64,000 bases of DNA, taken from positions 372,001-436,000 of the forward strand of contig NW_020845410.1 of NCBI RefSeq assembly GCF_003704095.1, read 5' to 3'. Within the stretch, counting starts at the first letter, position 1, and each line of letters starts with the position of its first letter. Under the pieces are notes generated by a model that saw only the letters and a program-made list of their open reading frames with translations, did not search any database and had not been told where the DNA came from. Below, one piece after another: positions 11,601-23,990 of this stretch. The position numbers and the translations under genes are program-made. This stretch comes from Pocillopora damicornis. Lineage: Eukaryota.

Positions 11601-14600
11601 TCATCTATGATGACTTTCAAGATGGGCCAAGCTATATGGAACTGGAGGCACATTTGGAACACATCTGCCCTGAAGAATTACTGCTGCCTGAATCCCTGAC
11701 CATCCAAACAGAGAACTTCATCAAGGATTTTGTTACAAGGGTGCAAAGGTTTGTCATAAACTCTCTCCATTTAGAGGGAAACCTCAAAACTAAGAAAAAT
11801 ACCCCCCATTAAAGGGTCAGAGGAGAATATACTACATGATGGCAGGGACTATCCAAGTTCAGTGGTTAATTTCTACCCAATAAGAGCAGAATTCTCCAAT
11901 TTGTGATGTTAATGGAACACTCCATAATACACAAAAATTCATTTATAAATTTTTCATGGTGGTACCAAAGATCAAAGAAAGGATCTCACCATAGTTAAAC
12001 CTGGGTTGTAATACCTTTTCTTTTATGTCAATATTTCTAAAGCAAACAATTATTGCAGTATGTTCGGAATTCACAAATATAAGGGTGCCAAAAGGGATTC
12101 TTTAAAGTTATGATGCAATTTATGGAAGATGTATCTAACAAATCCCTATCCTTATTGTCCAGCATTCCTTGATAAGCTTGTAACATATTTTTCAAGAACC
12201 CCTTTAAATTTGTGTTTAGAAGTTTGGGTATCAATAGAAGCATTAAGGTTAATAGTGTTTTTTGTTACTGTTATGCAGACCAGAGGATAGTATAAGACTT
12301 GAAAGAATGCCTGATCAATTTTTTGATCATTCTACTTCTCTGAAATGCATCACTGAATTTTATGAGGAACAAAGGCCAGTGAGGAATGAAGAACTCTGCA
12401 AAGTAAACATTACCCAGGAACTGCAGGAAAACAGTTCAGCATTGGAAATAATCCTCAAGCTTCCCAAATCAGTTCAGTCTTGCTTTGCTGCACTTGTCAA
12501 ATATCTTAAAGACTTCAGGCTGGAAAAAATTTTTAGGTCGATAAGGTATGTTCAAATAGTCCGGTAGTATTTCCTGAGCAATGCATGTGACAGATATACT
12601 TCTTATATGTGAGGATTGATTGATTCTCAATTGGTATTAATTGATAAATGTGTTTTTTTTTAATTCACAGTAACTTTTCAAGATTTTCTGTACAGAACAA
12701 GTTTCTAAAATTAAATGGCCAAACTCTGAGGAACTTGGAAATATTTAAGAATCAGGTATTTTGCTTGACTGATATTTACACTTGTTTTGATTGAATTACT
12801 TTTCTTGATAAGTCAAGAACTCTAAAAATTCAACTAGCTCCAAGAATTTGCGAGCATGAAACGTCTTAAAAAGGGAAAATTGAAGTGTTATTCAAAATTT
12901 AAATAAATTTCTTTAGCTTACTTTAAGGTGCATAAACATCCTAATTTTATCCACAGACAAATGGTAATGAAAAGTCGTCACTCTTCTGGATCATTAACCA
13001 CACAACAACTGCATTTGGGCGAAGGCTTTTAAAGAAATGGATTTCACAACCTCTTCGAGATGTTAGGTGCAGGTTGCTCTTTCCCATGTTGTTTTTTACC
13101 AATCATAACTGTGGATCTGGACTGGTTTAACTTGAATTTTTCACTGAACATTTTTGTTTCAAGTCCATTTTCCACCCTCAACCGTTTTTTGTTTTTGTCT
13201 ATTCTTGCCTCTGGGGTATTTTTCTTTTTCTTACTTTTATGTGAATACAATTTCTTAATAACGTGTCATATAGAAGGCACATTTAGCTTAGGTAGTTGTG
13301 CCCACTGCGCAACAGACGGATGTGTTCTGTGAATGCACCAAGGTGCACGGTTGTAGAAAACCCTTAAAGAGAATTTTCATCTCCTTTCTAAAAACTCAAC
13401 ATCTTTTGTGTACATTTCAATCAGTGAGATCGAGAAGAGGCTTGACGCCGTGACAGAGTTGTGCGGTCCTAGTGCATCATGTTTAGCATCCTTAAAAGGC
13501 CTTTTGTCGCAGCTTCCCGACCTAGAGAGAGGATTATGCACCATTTGCCATAAAAAGGTTTGTTCAGGTCGACAGTAACGTTGTTTTTCGAGAGGAAGTA
13601 CAGTGTAGGTATAAGAAGGGTATGGGAAGGAAAGATGTTGGATGGTCTCGCGCAAGAGGAAAAAACAGATTCGGAAAATGTATGTCCTCGAGTCAAAAAA
13701 CTGAATTGCTTAGCTTTTTACTCGCGTATTTGAGTATAATTGCCATTTACGACGAAAGTTTGTCCTGAATTTTGTAACATGAAGTGCCAAGAAGATTTGC
13801 TACTTCTCTTGGACGGAATACTAGTTCAGGGCAAGTTATTCCTCACCATTTCGTTAAGTTTCCCTGAAAATTTGTTTTTTTAAACCATTTACATTACAGG
13901 GTGGCGGCAAGAAAGAGCAGATCAGAGTGGAGCATTATGCGCTAGTCATTTAAACAAAGTTTAACAGTTGTTTCGTAAAAAACGCGCTCTAAACTATCTT
14001 GAGTGTAGCTGAATCTTTTATCTGAACGTTTATTTTTGTGAACAGTGTCAAGAGGGCCGAAAGCTAACAGTGGAAGGGTTGAAAACAACCCTCTCATAGA
14101 GACCTTGTCTAAATAACGGGTCCTATACAACCCTATACAACCCTGAACAGAGTTCGAACCCAGACTTCTCGGTGGGAAATCCCTTGTACTAATGATCAGG
14201 CCTCCGTGTTTCCAACTCGCGTAATTTGGCCATAAATATTAGCCATTACAAACACAATGTTCCCCTTTGGGCTCGCATGTCACACAAGTCATGTGAGAGT
14301 ACAAAAATCTGCTTTCTCAGGTTTCAACTGTAGAGCTACCTTTGTGACGCTCAAAATTTATACTGATGAATGTGACACTGCATTTTACTATGTGTTTTTT
14401 TATTGCTCACCATAGTGCACACCAGCAGAGTTTGTCACAATAACAAAATCTCTGGTAAGGATTGCAAAACACCTTCAGTCAAACAAAGATGTTGCCACGA
14501 GCAAACTTGAATCTTCACTTCTAAGAAACGTTTTCACTGAGGTATGTAGAATGAAGTGGTGTCGACATTACGATGTTATTATATACGCTTTCCACTTACC

Positions 14601-17600
14601 TTAACGCTTGACCAAGAAATTATTTTTCTAATTTTCTTTTCAGGTGCCGACGTATTTGGAGGATGTTGAAGATTTTCTTCGACTGGTTGATGAAAAGGCT
14701 GCCAAGTAATTAACATTCCTTAAATAAGAGTTTAGCGGTTTGGTTTCCAACGTTCAAACGTTTATACAGATGTAGTAGTCCTGAACTGAAGAGACCGTCG
14801 ACTTCACGGCAGATACTGTTAGTTAGCGAGCCAGAACACAGGAATTTCGAATCGAGGTCTCTTCAGTGGAAGGCCTTCAATTGTAGCTGCACTGATTGTA
14901 GGGAAAAGAGAGAGTGAACTAATAAATTCATTCTTAGACGGTTTTACGACGTAAAGTTTAGTTTTGCGGTTTTTTATTGAGTAGTGTTGTCAAAGTTCAT
15001 GTCCTAAAACTTTTAATTCACTCTTTCGAGTTATCAGTGCGCAACTAAAAATGTTGAATCTAAATCAAAGATCTAGCTCATCAGAATAAAGGGAATGGCC
15101 GACTGCTATCTCTGTTCAGCTTACCTAGCCATCGTTCCATTTTATTTCCAGAGACGGTGACAAAACCAAGCTGTTTTGTGATCTAACGCAGTTCCCTATG
15201 ATAATGAAATGTAATTTGGTGAGTCAGAGACCATTTTGTTCCAATAAATGTTCAAACAAAGCGCACAGTTTTTCAATTCACCTACTGTTATAAAATTTCT
15301 TCTACGTTCAATATGAATTGTTTAAGAGTTTCTTCGTTTATTAGGAAATTGAGAAGATTCTGACCGACTTAAGGAACCATCGTTCAGAGTTTAGACAGGT
15401 GTTACGACATCCATCTTTGGATTACTGCTGTGTTTCAGGAAACGAGGTATTTTCAATCCATTGTTTCGCTTTGCTCAGCTCAGGGAAGTAAACTTGAATT
15501 TTCTGAAGAGAAGAGTGAACATGTTGAAAATGAGCACGAATCGCAAATCAGCGCTTTAAACAGCCCCGAATGAACTGATCACAACGTCATAGGAACTGAG
15601 TTTTAACCAAAGTTTTTGTATTGTTTATTTCAGTTCTTAATCGAAGTAAGGAACACGAATTTGAAGACTGTGCCTGCCGACTGGATAAAAATAAGCGCGT
15701 AAGTCTACAGAACTCATTAAGCCTCTTCTCTTCGTTGTATCATTTAATAAAACGTTGCGTCTAATTTCCACTGATCATTCCGCCTTTAAAAAGAGTTGAT
15801 GAGTCATGTTTTCCGTGGGAAACAGTTTATAAGGTGCCTGATTGTAGTATTGCAAAGGAATAACTGCTTAATTTTGAAATAGTTTTTAAAAGATAATTCT
15901 GCTGCTGATACTCCTACCTTTGTCTTTAAACCTTCTCAAACTAAGGCTAAAAAGTTCTCACCAGTCTCTCAATCAATCATGAGCGAAATGTGAATCAAAC
16001 GCTGCCTAGTATTACAAACGTGGTCACTCACGTTTTTCCCGCGCTTTTAATAGATGACTTGCTTTTACCGCGAGCTCTCATTGGCTACTTGAATTGGAGC
16101 GCTTTTCGATTCATAAGACACAACCAAAGTTAACAGCAATTCGAACACAAGTTCATAAAACAAGGAGCCAATGAGCACTCGAAATATAAACAGGCAAACT
16201 ACTTGCAGCGCGGATAAACGCTAGGGACCAAGTCATTATTTGTCTTAGTTTTTTATCTGATTAGTTGAGAAGCTGATACAAGTTTTCAAAACCAGTCGTA
16301 GAGCGAAGAAAGGCGAACTAATAAAATCTCTAATCACTAACGAGTGGCCTTAACTTTTCAAAATTGTAACAAAGTACCCTTTGTGCGGTTTTAAGTAAGT
16401 TTTAAGTAAAATTCTCGCTTATTTGATAGCGGTTTGTGCAGTGAATAGCGCTGTGCGATTTTCGAACTACAAAATTTTCCGAATGGTTTTGTATTAAGGT
16501 ATTGATTTACTGACGATAGGTTCGATATGAATCACTTTTGTGTGTGGTTTTTCCAGTACGAAACAGGTGTCAAGATTCAGGACACCATTCGTAGAGGACA
16601 AGTTCAAACTTCTTTGCCAGTGGCGAGAACAACTGTCAATCTGCTGTCAGGAGGCGTGGCTAGAATTTCTCGCGCTCTTTTCGGAAGCGTGCGCAAGATA
16701 CCGGCGTGCCGTATGTCATATTGCCACGCTCGACTGCTTGTTCTCCTTGGCAACCGTGGCCAGTCAGCGAGGTTTTACCAGGTATGGCTTGTTATCAAAT
16801 GGGAAATATTTTCTATTTAATGTTGAATAAATGGTTGTTCTCACGGTGTGAGGTCACTTTCAATTAAAGAAAAAATGTGAAGCATTTTTTAAAGCCATAT
16901 CCGAGTTTGCTGTAAGAATTCAAACCCAAGCCCTATGTCGTCACGGTCCTGAGTTTGTCAGCATGGTGGAAGGGATTTTAGATTTGCCAACATTGCTGAC
17001 GCTGAATTTAACATCTTTTCTGAGAGAAAACAATTTTTATAATGAGAATTTGTTTTGAAATTCTCTGCATTCACGGTTCTTTACAAATTGTCCTTGTAAG
17101 TAATATCTCTATAGTGATAAACAGAGTTCTAACATATCCGCTTGCGGATTTGAATTATTCTGCTCGTACTGACTTTACCTCTCACTCGTTCGCCTCGTGG
17201 ACTCGAGAGAGATATCGTCAAAATACCTGACATTAGAATTCGATTTCAAGGAACACTTGTACAAATTTCCATTAAAATGTCATTCTTATGCGCACGGTAA
17301 CTGAAAGAAGGTTTTGCGGCGTAACTTTCGGTAGAGGGCCCTCTCTTGGTTTTGTTACCGTGGGAAATGTACTCGCCTTGCATTCTGTGAACTTATACTC
17401 TTTTCTGGCTAGCTCTTGAAAGTAATTTGTTAAGTACATTTGGACATCCGTCAAAGATTGCGATTTGAGTATTTTCCACTCGGCAGTTTCCGAAATTTTG
17501 CGGGATCGAAATGTAATAGGAGGGAGCTTTGCGTAATTTTCACTCGACAATAATTGAACTTAAGCGAGTTAAATTGATATATATTCTGAGCGAAGCGATT

Positions 17601-20600
17601 AGTCACCTTACCTCTTAGCTTGATGTACTTTAGAACGAAATTACATTTGCTTGATGCTCTGTTATCTTCAAAATGGGTGCTTAAAGTTTACTACTTCCCG
17701 AAATAATAGTTGTACGTCATATCAGATACTTATTTTAAGTGCTCTGCGCAAAAGTTTTCTATTCGGGAGTATATTACTTCTCTAGCTTCATACTATATCA
17801 AATCAGTTGAAGACTAAACAGAACCAACGTTTGCAAGAATGGTCATGAACACCTCTGATTTCGCTGAGGAACCCCAACTACGAACCTGTGTTATGAACAA
17901 AGTTGTCTGGAGCAACAGCTATGACACAGAAAAGACAAGCTTTGCCATCATCGCTATAATCCTCAATGGTCTTAGCATGCCTGTGATAATTCTCATGAAC
18001 GCGTTGGTGGTCGCAGCGGTGAAGACAACACCCAGATTGCGAACAAATTATAACTTTTTGTTGGCTTGTTTGGCAGGTACAGATCTGTTGGTAGGAATTG
18101 TTGTTCAGCCAAGTTTCATTGCCGTACAAATTAACGTTCTAAGGGGAATATCTTTGGAGCAATTCTGCCAACACGAAAAAGAGTTTTCTTACTTCGCTAT
18201 CATTCCCATTCTCTCATCTTTTTATCATCTCATCCTTATAAGTGTTGAGCGCTTTGTAGCGATAAAACACCCCTATCGTTACACCACTGTTTGTACTAAT
18301 CGTCGCCTGATTACGGCAGTCGCCATCTCGTGGGTCATGACTTGTTTGCCAACCGTACTTCACTCTCTTGACGAAAGATTACAACCGATAGTCAGAGCTT
18401 TTCGTGTTTGTTTTTCGATGTTTAACTTTTTCGTAATTATATTCTGTCATATTTCGGTTTACTTTGTGTCGCGTCGACATGAGAGTCGGATCAGATCGGA
18501 GCAAGTGTCACTGCAAGCCGCTGCTGACTTTGCCAAGGAGAAGAAAGCTTTGAAGACAACTAGAATTATTATACTGACTTTACTTTTGTGTATTCTGCCT
18601 CCTTCAGTGTATGGTTTGTTTTTGCGCATCTTCTCCAACAGCAGTAATTATGTTGTGACAGTAGTACATTTGAGTCATCCTGTCGTATCAACTTTTAGTT
18701 TACTTAATTCTGTTTGTAACCCGTTCATATACTGCTATAGAAACAGGACATTTCGGGGCAAATGCGTCAGGTTGCTGAAATTTAGATGCACATATCAAGG
18801 CACCGAAGAATATTGACTCTACCTACGTTTGTGATGGAGACATCTTAAAATTATTAAACTTTGTCCAAGTGTTGTTTTTTTTGGTTTTTTTTTTCTGAAG
18901 AGTGAAGGTGGTTGCCCTCAGTTGTGACGTTGTGTTCTTTTTGGGGGTTCTTGAAAGTTTAAAGTCCAAGTGAGGGCTGTTTCAAATTAATATTTGATCA
19001 CTCTACTGAAGGTAAAAGATTTAACGCACTTCCCATATCAGAAAGGAATTCAAGGTTGAAAAAAATTTCCTATCTTGACACGAAATAGCCATAAAGATAT
19101 CTTTGTAACCCGACGCCGGTAAAATATGCGTCCCTATTGGCTGACTTACTCACCAACTATTGGCTCATGAATAAGGTGTAGAAGATTCAGGGTATTAGCA
19201 ATTACACCTGTGTTTCAATAATTGTGCAGGTTTCTGGGAACCAACACTCAGTAAATTTTTTGCGGCTGCCAGTGATATCCATAATTGATTTCTCGAAAGG
19301 CTTCCGATTTGGTAAAGAAATAAGCTGCCCACTTGTATTTTCCGCTTCTCATTCTTTTCGGAATGGCAATTGAAATAATACACTAAATGAAATACGTCTT
19401 CATGCTTTGTGGACAGTTTCTTTACAATGTGCGACCTTTTTTACCTGGCGGTAATTCAAACACGGTACCGTCAGAAATGGTACTTGAGAATACTTTGCAA
19501 GAGTCCTATCATTTCAATCAAAATGAGATTTACATTGTGAAGTGCGATATTGTTCGTGTCTCTGATTGGATGAACGGTTTATTTTCGCAATCGTTCACTT
19601 CCAATCTTTAAAATGTGTCGATCAGCAAGAAAAAATCTCAGCATATATGATTTAGAAACATCATATCTTGGAAAGTGCTTGAACGATCACTATTTGCGTG
19701 TTGCGGTGCATCAAACAACGAACGAGTGAGCGCAGCGAACGAGTGAGTTTTTGATGCATCTCAACTCGTGAATAAAGATCGTTCGTGCGCACTTTGTGGA
19801 ATATTCTCCATTAAATGCGTCGTGGGGTGATTCTTTGTTACAGTGAGGTGTTATTCTGTTTTTGATCTATTGCCTGCTTGTCGAAAGTTGAAAATATTAG
19901 CTACTGAGCTACACTGTAAATTTAAGATAAAATATATTCATTTACATATGTATGGGGACAAAGTCTGCACTTCACGAAAAAAAATTTTTCAACGTATTAA
20001 GTGGTCATCAGAAGACACAAGCTTGCAAACGTTTATTTAAGGCGTTTCCGTAAATGTAATCATACGCTCCGCAGGAAAAAGTTAAATTTACCGAGAAATA
20101 TTCTAATGTAAGTGGCAGCATTGGGCTATTTATATGAGTAAAAAAGTCTTCATAAGCCGCAAACTTACTGCAGAGACAGAGGCTCATCATGTGCCTTTGT
20201 TTATGCGGTGTTAGTGAAGACATCACTTAGATTGCAAACAAATTATAACGTTGTTTTGGTTTGCTAGGCAGGTACAGATCTGTTGGTGGGAATTGTTGTT
20301 CAACCAAGTTTCATCGTTGCACAAGTTTATGTTATAACGGGCAGATCTCCAAAACGGAAACGTTCTTTCCTTGATCCTCGTTATTCCTATATTATCATCT
20401 TTGCATCACCTACCCTCGTAAGTGTAGTGCGCTTTGTAGCGATAAAACACACCTATCGTTATACAACCTTCTTTACTGCACGTAGCTTGACTCTCGTGGG
20501 TCTTGGCATGTTTGCCAACCTTCATTTTCTTGTCGATAGATTAAAGCGTACGATCAGAGTTTTTCGTGCTTCGTTTACATTTATCGACGTGCCTGTGATG

Positions 20601-23600
20601 ATTTGCTGTCGTATTTCGTGTCCCGTCGATATGAGAATCGAATCCGATCGGAGCAAGTTTCACCGCAGGCCGCTTCCAACTTTGTAAAGCTTCGAAGACA
20701 ACCAGAATTATTATACTGACCTTACTTTTGTGTTTAATACCCGTTTTCGTGTGTGCTATATTTGTTGGCATCTCATCCAACAGCAGTAAATATATTGTGA
20801 CTGTAACACGTTTGAGTCGTCCTGTTGTTGTAACCACTACTTTCATTAATTCCATTTTTAACCTGTTCAAATACCACCACAGAAATAGAATATTACGACA
20901 AACATGCAAAGCGTTGCTGAAAATGAACCGTGAATTTATAACGACGATTGATAACTCTTTCTTTTCATTTAACATAGACATTTAAAGTCTTTTCCATATA
21001 TATATATATATATATATATCCCTCTGTTAGAATAAACCTTTTTGAAACCTCATTGTGTAGTTTTTGACTACATAACAGTGTGACTTGCACGGAAAGGTGA
21101 GATGATATTTGTATCCTTCAAGTTTGCTTGAGCAACGCTCGTTTTGAAGGACAACGAAAAACTTCTCTTATCCGCTATATTTGTGAATAATTTTTGCTCG
21201 TATCTTGAACGCCCTTCCTGTTTTCTTCCATTTACCTTTTAGTCCCATGTCGAAAGTCTCAGTGATTGAGGTAAATTTCTATGGGAGAGCTCCCCGCCTC
21301 CCCCATCTCTACGGGCGCCCTATCAGGCGAGATTGAGTAAACTTCAGCAAGACTCAACCGACGAGCTGTGAAACAAGCGACAATTTAGTACTCATTACAA
21401 CCTTTTCAGTCTTGATTTTGTTGTTCCAGGCCTGTCGTAAAAGACTGTGAAGCCCATATTTACATTAAACAAGGACGACATCCAGTGTTGGATACACTTC
21501 TCTCAGAGAATGAACAGTTCGTCCCGAATGATACGCAAATGGATGTAAGTGAATTATAAATTACCAGGAGGTTTATGAGCACGGGCAGCAAGTTTGAACA
21601 CGAACAGAAAATTAAGTGAAATATTTGGCTACGTCTAAAGCACAGCAGAAATGTAAACCTAGGTGCGATTAAATTGAATTGAAAAACATGGCAACTGCAG
21701 TGAGGTATCCGCGTGTCTCTGATTAACAGGGTTCACGTAATTCTGGTCATTTGGGGCATCATTAGCTTCCTTTCCTTTCAATTGTCCAATAGGCGAGAGC
21801 TCAGTCCTAAACTCTCCCAACTAGAGTTTAAGGGAAAGTGATGAAAATGTCTGTTCTGTCGGTCTTGGAATTTGGAGTTTTCCGGGGAGATTCTGGGTTC
21901 GTGTTTAGCAGTACATAATTTGACTGCCGATTGTTCTCTTTGTAGGTCAACAGCAATCGCTGCATGATCATTACAGGACCAAACATGGGAGGAAAAAGTT
22001 CTTACATAAAACAAGTACGATTCTACCTTGAAGAAAGCAGTTGTATTCTACTGTCGTTGTTTTTAAGAAAGGTTAAATCTAAGTTAATTCACACTTTACT
22101 TCGCAGGTTGCTTTGATTGTTATTCTCTCCCAGGTCGGCTCTTTTGTACCGGCCGAAGAAGCACGGGTTGGAGTTTTAGATGCAATTTTTACCAGGTAAA
22201 AAATATTACCAAGCCAAAATTCATTTTTACGCTCGTTTGGTTTCTAGTCCTTTGTTACTTTTTGTTTCATTGCAATTACGTCATATATTGACAGGATGGG
22301 TGCCACAGATAACATTTACAAAGGACAAAGTACATTTATGGTTGAACTTCAGGTAAGTTGAAAATTTATTTCATTTTCATCTACAGTTAAGTCTGTTTAC
22401 TCAAGCCGGTAACGAGATAATAAAAGATTTAAAGCGACACTTCATTATGTTGTACGCACTTTGTGATTAGTTTAATTTAGCATTAAGATGCACACTGTAA
22501 CAGTTCATTGACCGACTATTGCTTTCGTTGCAGGAAACGTCTGACATCATTGCCCAGGCTACTCCTAAGTCACTTGTCATTCTGGATGAGCTAGGCCGCG
22601 GTACTAGTACCCATGACGGCACGGCTATTGCTTATGCTACAGCTCACCACTTCATAAGCAAGGTTGGTGTCACTTATGGCTGAATGAAGGCACTACTTCT
22701 CAGTGCAAAATCTGTAATTTGGCAATATACCATAATTGTGTGGGACGTTCCCTTCAATCCTACCAATTTTTCCCCACAGATAGCAAGCTTGACTCTGTTT
22801 GTAACACACTATCCGTCTCTTGCGGAGCTGGACGGATTATTCCCAAACCAAGTCACCAACAGCCACATGGCATTTATGACATCAGAAGAGCCAGGCGCCA
22901 AACACTGTGCCGATGGTGGGGAAGGCGAAGACAACAATGTCATGTCTCCCGTACCGTCAGTTACGTTTCTGTACCACTTGGTGAATGGAGCAGCCGCGAG
23001 AAGCTACGGGTTAAACGTTGCTCGCCTGGCGGGAATTCCCAATGAAATCATTAACACAGCAGCCGCAAAATCACGAGAAATGGAGAATTTGATCATGTCA
23101 AGACGGTGGGTACTTTTCAGTTAGATTAGAAGGGTTGTTGGCAGACTTTACCAAAGCTGCGAAGATGTTTGTCGTATGCAAATAAACCGTGAGTTTTCTA
23201 AGGAGCAAACTTGTGATTAGAATCGAGAGGTTTCTGATCGGTTTGTTGTCACTTGATTTTATGATAGATTTGCTTCGCTCTCAGTTTATACAAATTTTAA
23301 CCCAAGTACGAGCTGCTTTGACCCTTTTTAAAAGTCATTGCATTAGTTGACGGTTCAAACAACTGGCTATTGTCAGGATAGCTAAGAAATGCCCCTTGAT
23401 GAATTTCACACGACCCATTACTTTTCAGTTAAAGTTATTAATCGTGAGTATTTTTTTTTCTTTTAAGTATAGCGATATTTGATATCATCAGATTAATAAT
23501 GTTCTTATCTTTTTTTCCTTACAGATCCATCAAAACTAGTTTTCAGGAAATTTTCTCAAAGTCGCCAACAACGCGCGAAGTTATCGAGCAGCTGAGAACT

Positions 23601-23633
23601 GCTTTGCAGAAGATTTCACCCGAAATCGTTTAA
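8676..23633 (+). CDS. MSH3: DNA mismatch repair protein MSH3 (23 exons)
   Basis: Exons 8676-8882, 9134-9736, 10062-10156, 10668-10807, 11029-11159, 11576-11748, 12279-12545, 12671-12755, 12957-13066, 13425-13557, 14416-14541, 14644-14705, 15152-15218, 15345-15446, 15634-15698, 16557-16781, 21430-21544, 21946-22014, 22107-22195, 22295-22352, 22534-22662, 22780-23105, 23525-23633. N-terminal PIP box QTTISSFF; MSH3-type '[13 protein letters not shown]' (not MSH6 GKFYE); Walker A '[10 protein letters not shown]'; 'STFMVEL'; Walker B '[14 protein letters not shown]'; 'FVTHY'; '[10 protein letters not shown]'. Confidence 0.95.
10410..10545 (-). mobile_element. Degenerate copy of the tRNA-derived repeat seen at 23685-23990
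   Basis: 'GCTGAGTCC..GTATTGAGCCTCAAACATTTGGATTT..CCCTACTAGTGACCCA' aligns loosely with 23725-23800. Confidence 0.45.
13780..14215 (-). mobile_element. Degenerate tRNA-headed SINE, interrupted by an insertion
   Basis: Reverse-strand B-box-like GGGTTCGAACTC at ~14150-14162; body 'GCTACTTCTCTTGGACGGAATACTAGTTCAGGGCAAGTTA...CCATTTACATTACAGGGTGG' resembles recalled metazoan SINE cores. Confidence 0.4.
16020..16330. repeat. Interspersed repeat with inverted arms
   Basis: 'CGTTTTTCCCGCGC...GAGCTCTCATTGGCT' faces 'AGCCAATGAGCACTCG...GCGCGGATAAACG'. Confidence 0.5.
17839..18816 (+). CDS. Intronless class A (rhodopsin-like) orphan GPCR, nested in MSH3 intron 16
   Basis: 325-aa ORF with seven hydrophobic segments; TM2 '[12 protein letters not shown]', TM3 'SVERF', TM6 'CILP', TM7 'NSVCNPFIY'; N-terminal N-x-S sequon. 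Confidence 0.9.
   Translation: MVMNTSDFAEEPQLRTCVMNKVVWSNSYDTEKTSFAIIAIILNGLSMPVIILMNALVVAAVKTTPRLRTNYNFLLACLAGTDLLVGIVVQPSFIAVQINVLRGISLEQFCQHEKEFSYFAIIPILSSFYHLILISVERFVAIKHPYRYTTVCTNRRLITAVAISWVMTCLPTVLHSLDERLQPIVRAFRVCFSMFNFFVIIFCHISVYFVSRRHESRIRSEQVSLQAAADFAKEKKALKTTRIIILTLLLCILPPSVYGLFLRIFSNSSNYVVTVVHLSHPVVSTFSLLNSVCNPFIYCYRNRTFRGKCVRLLKFRCTYQGTEEY
19670..19797. repeat. Palindromic hairpin repeat
   Basis: Arms AAAGTGC..GAACGATC..TATT..GTTG..TGCATCAAA and TTTGATGCA..CAAC..AATA..GATCGTTC..GCACTTT around a 'CGAACGAGTGAG' duplicated core. Confidence 0.7.
20214..20985 (+). pseudogene. Decayed tandem copy of the nested GPCR
   Basis: Colinear similarity to 18020-18790 (e.g. GGCAGGTACAGATCTGTTGGT, GCGCTTTGTAGCGATAAAACAC, AGAATTATTATACTGAC), with a stop (TGCTAG), deletions, frameshifts, ERF changed to VRF, and NPFIY lost. 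Confidence 0.85.
20996..21019. repeat. (AT)n microsatellite
   Basis: About 12 AT units directly after the GPCR pseudogene. Confidence 0.9.
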
Positions 23634-23684
23634 CATTTATTTCCTCGTTTTCACGTGCAGCCAAACAATAGGATATTTAAAGAA

Positions 23685-23990
23685 AGATGTTTTTCATCTT
23701 GTCACAAGCGTTGGACAAAGAAAAAATTCTGAGACCCATGAGGAATCGTACCTCAGACCTTCGGATTCCGCGCTCCGATGCCCTACCACTGAGCCACAGA
23801 GACTCCACTTTGAGCAAGGTTCATAGGACACGCGTCCAGCATACTGCTAGGATCAGAAATGTAGATAGAGATGTAGATAGTGTTATGTTTGTAGATAGAA
23901 ATGAGAGAGATGGTAAATTCTGAGCTCGGTAAAGAAATAAAGAAATATTTTTTTTCGTCTTGTCACGAGCGTGGGACAAAGAAAAGATAT
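23685..23990 (-). mobile_element. tRNA-derived interspersed repeat with terminal direct repeats, in the MSH3 3' region
   Basis: Minus strand reads GGCTCAGTGGTAGGGCATCGGAGCGCGGAATCCGAAGGTCTGAGGTACGATTCCTCA (A- and B-box-like). Flanked by direct repeats TTTTTCRTCTTGTCACRAGCGTKGGACAAAGAAAA at ~23690 and ~23950. Confidence 0.7.

Noticed and set aside
23730-23800. Functional tRNA gene
   Set aside because: B-box altered (GGTACGATTCC), no clean cloverleaf, embedded in a repeat with another degenerate copy in the window.
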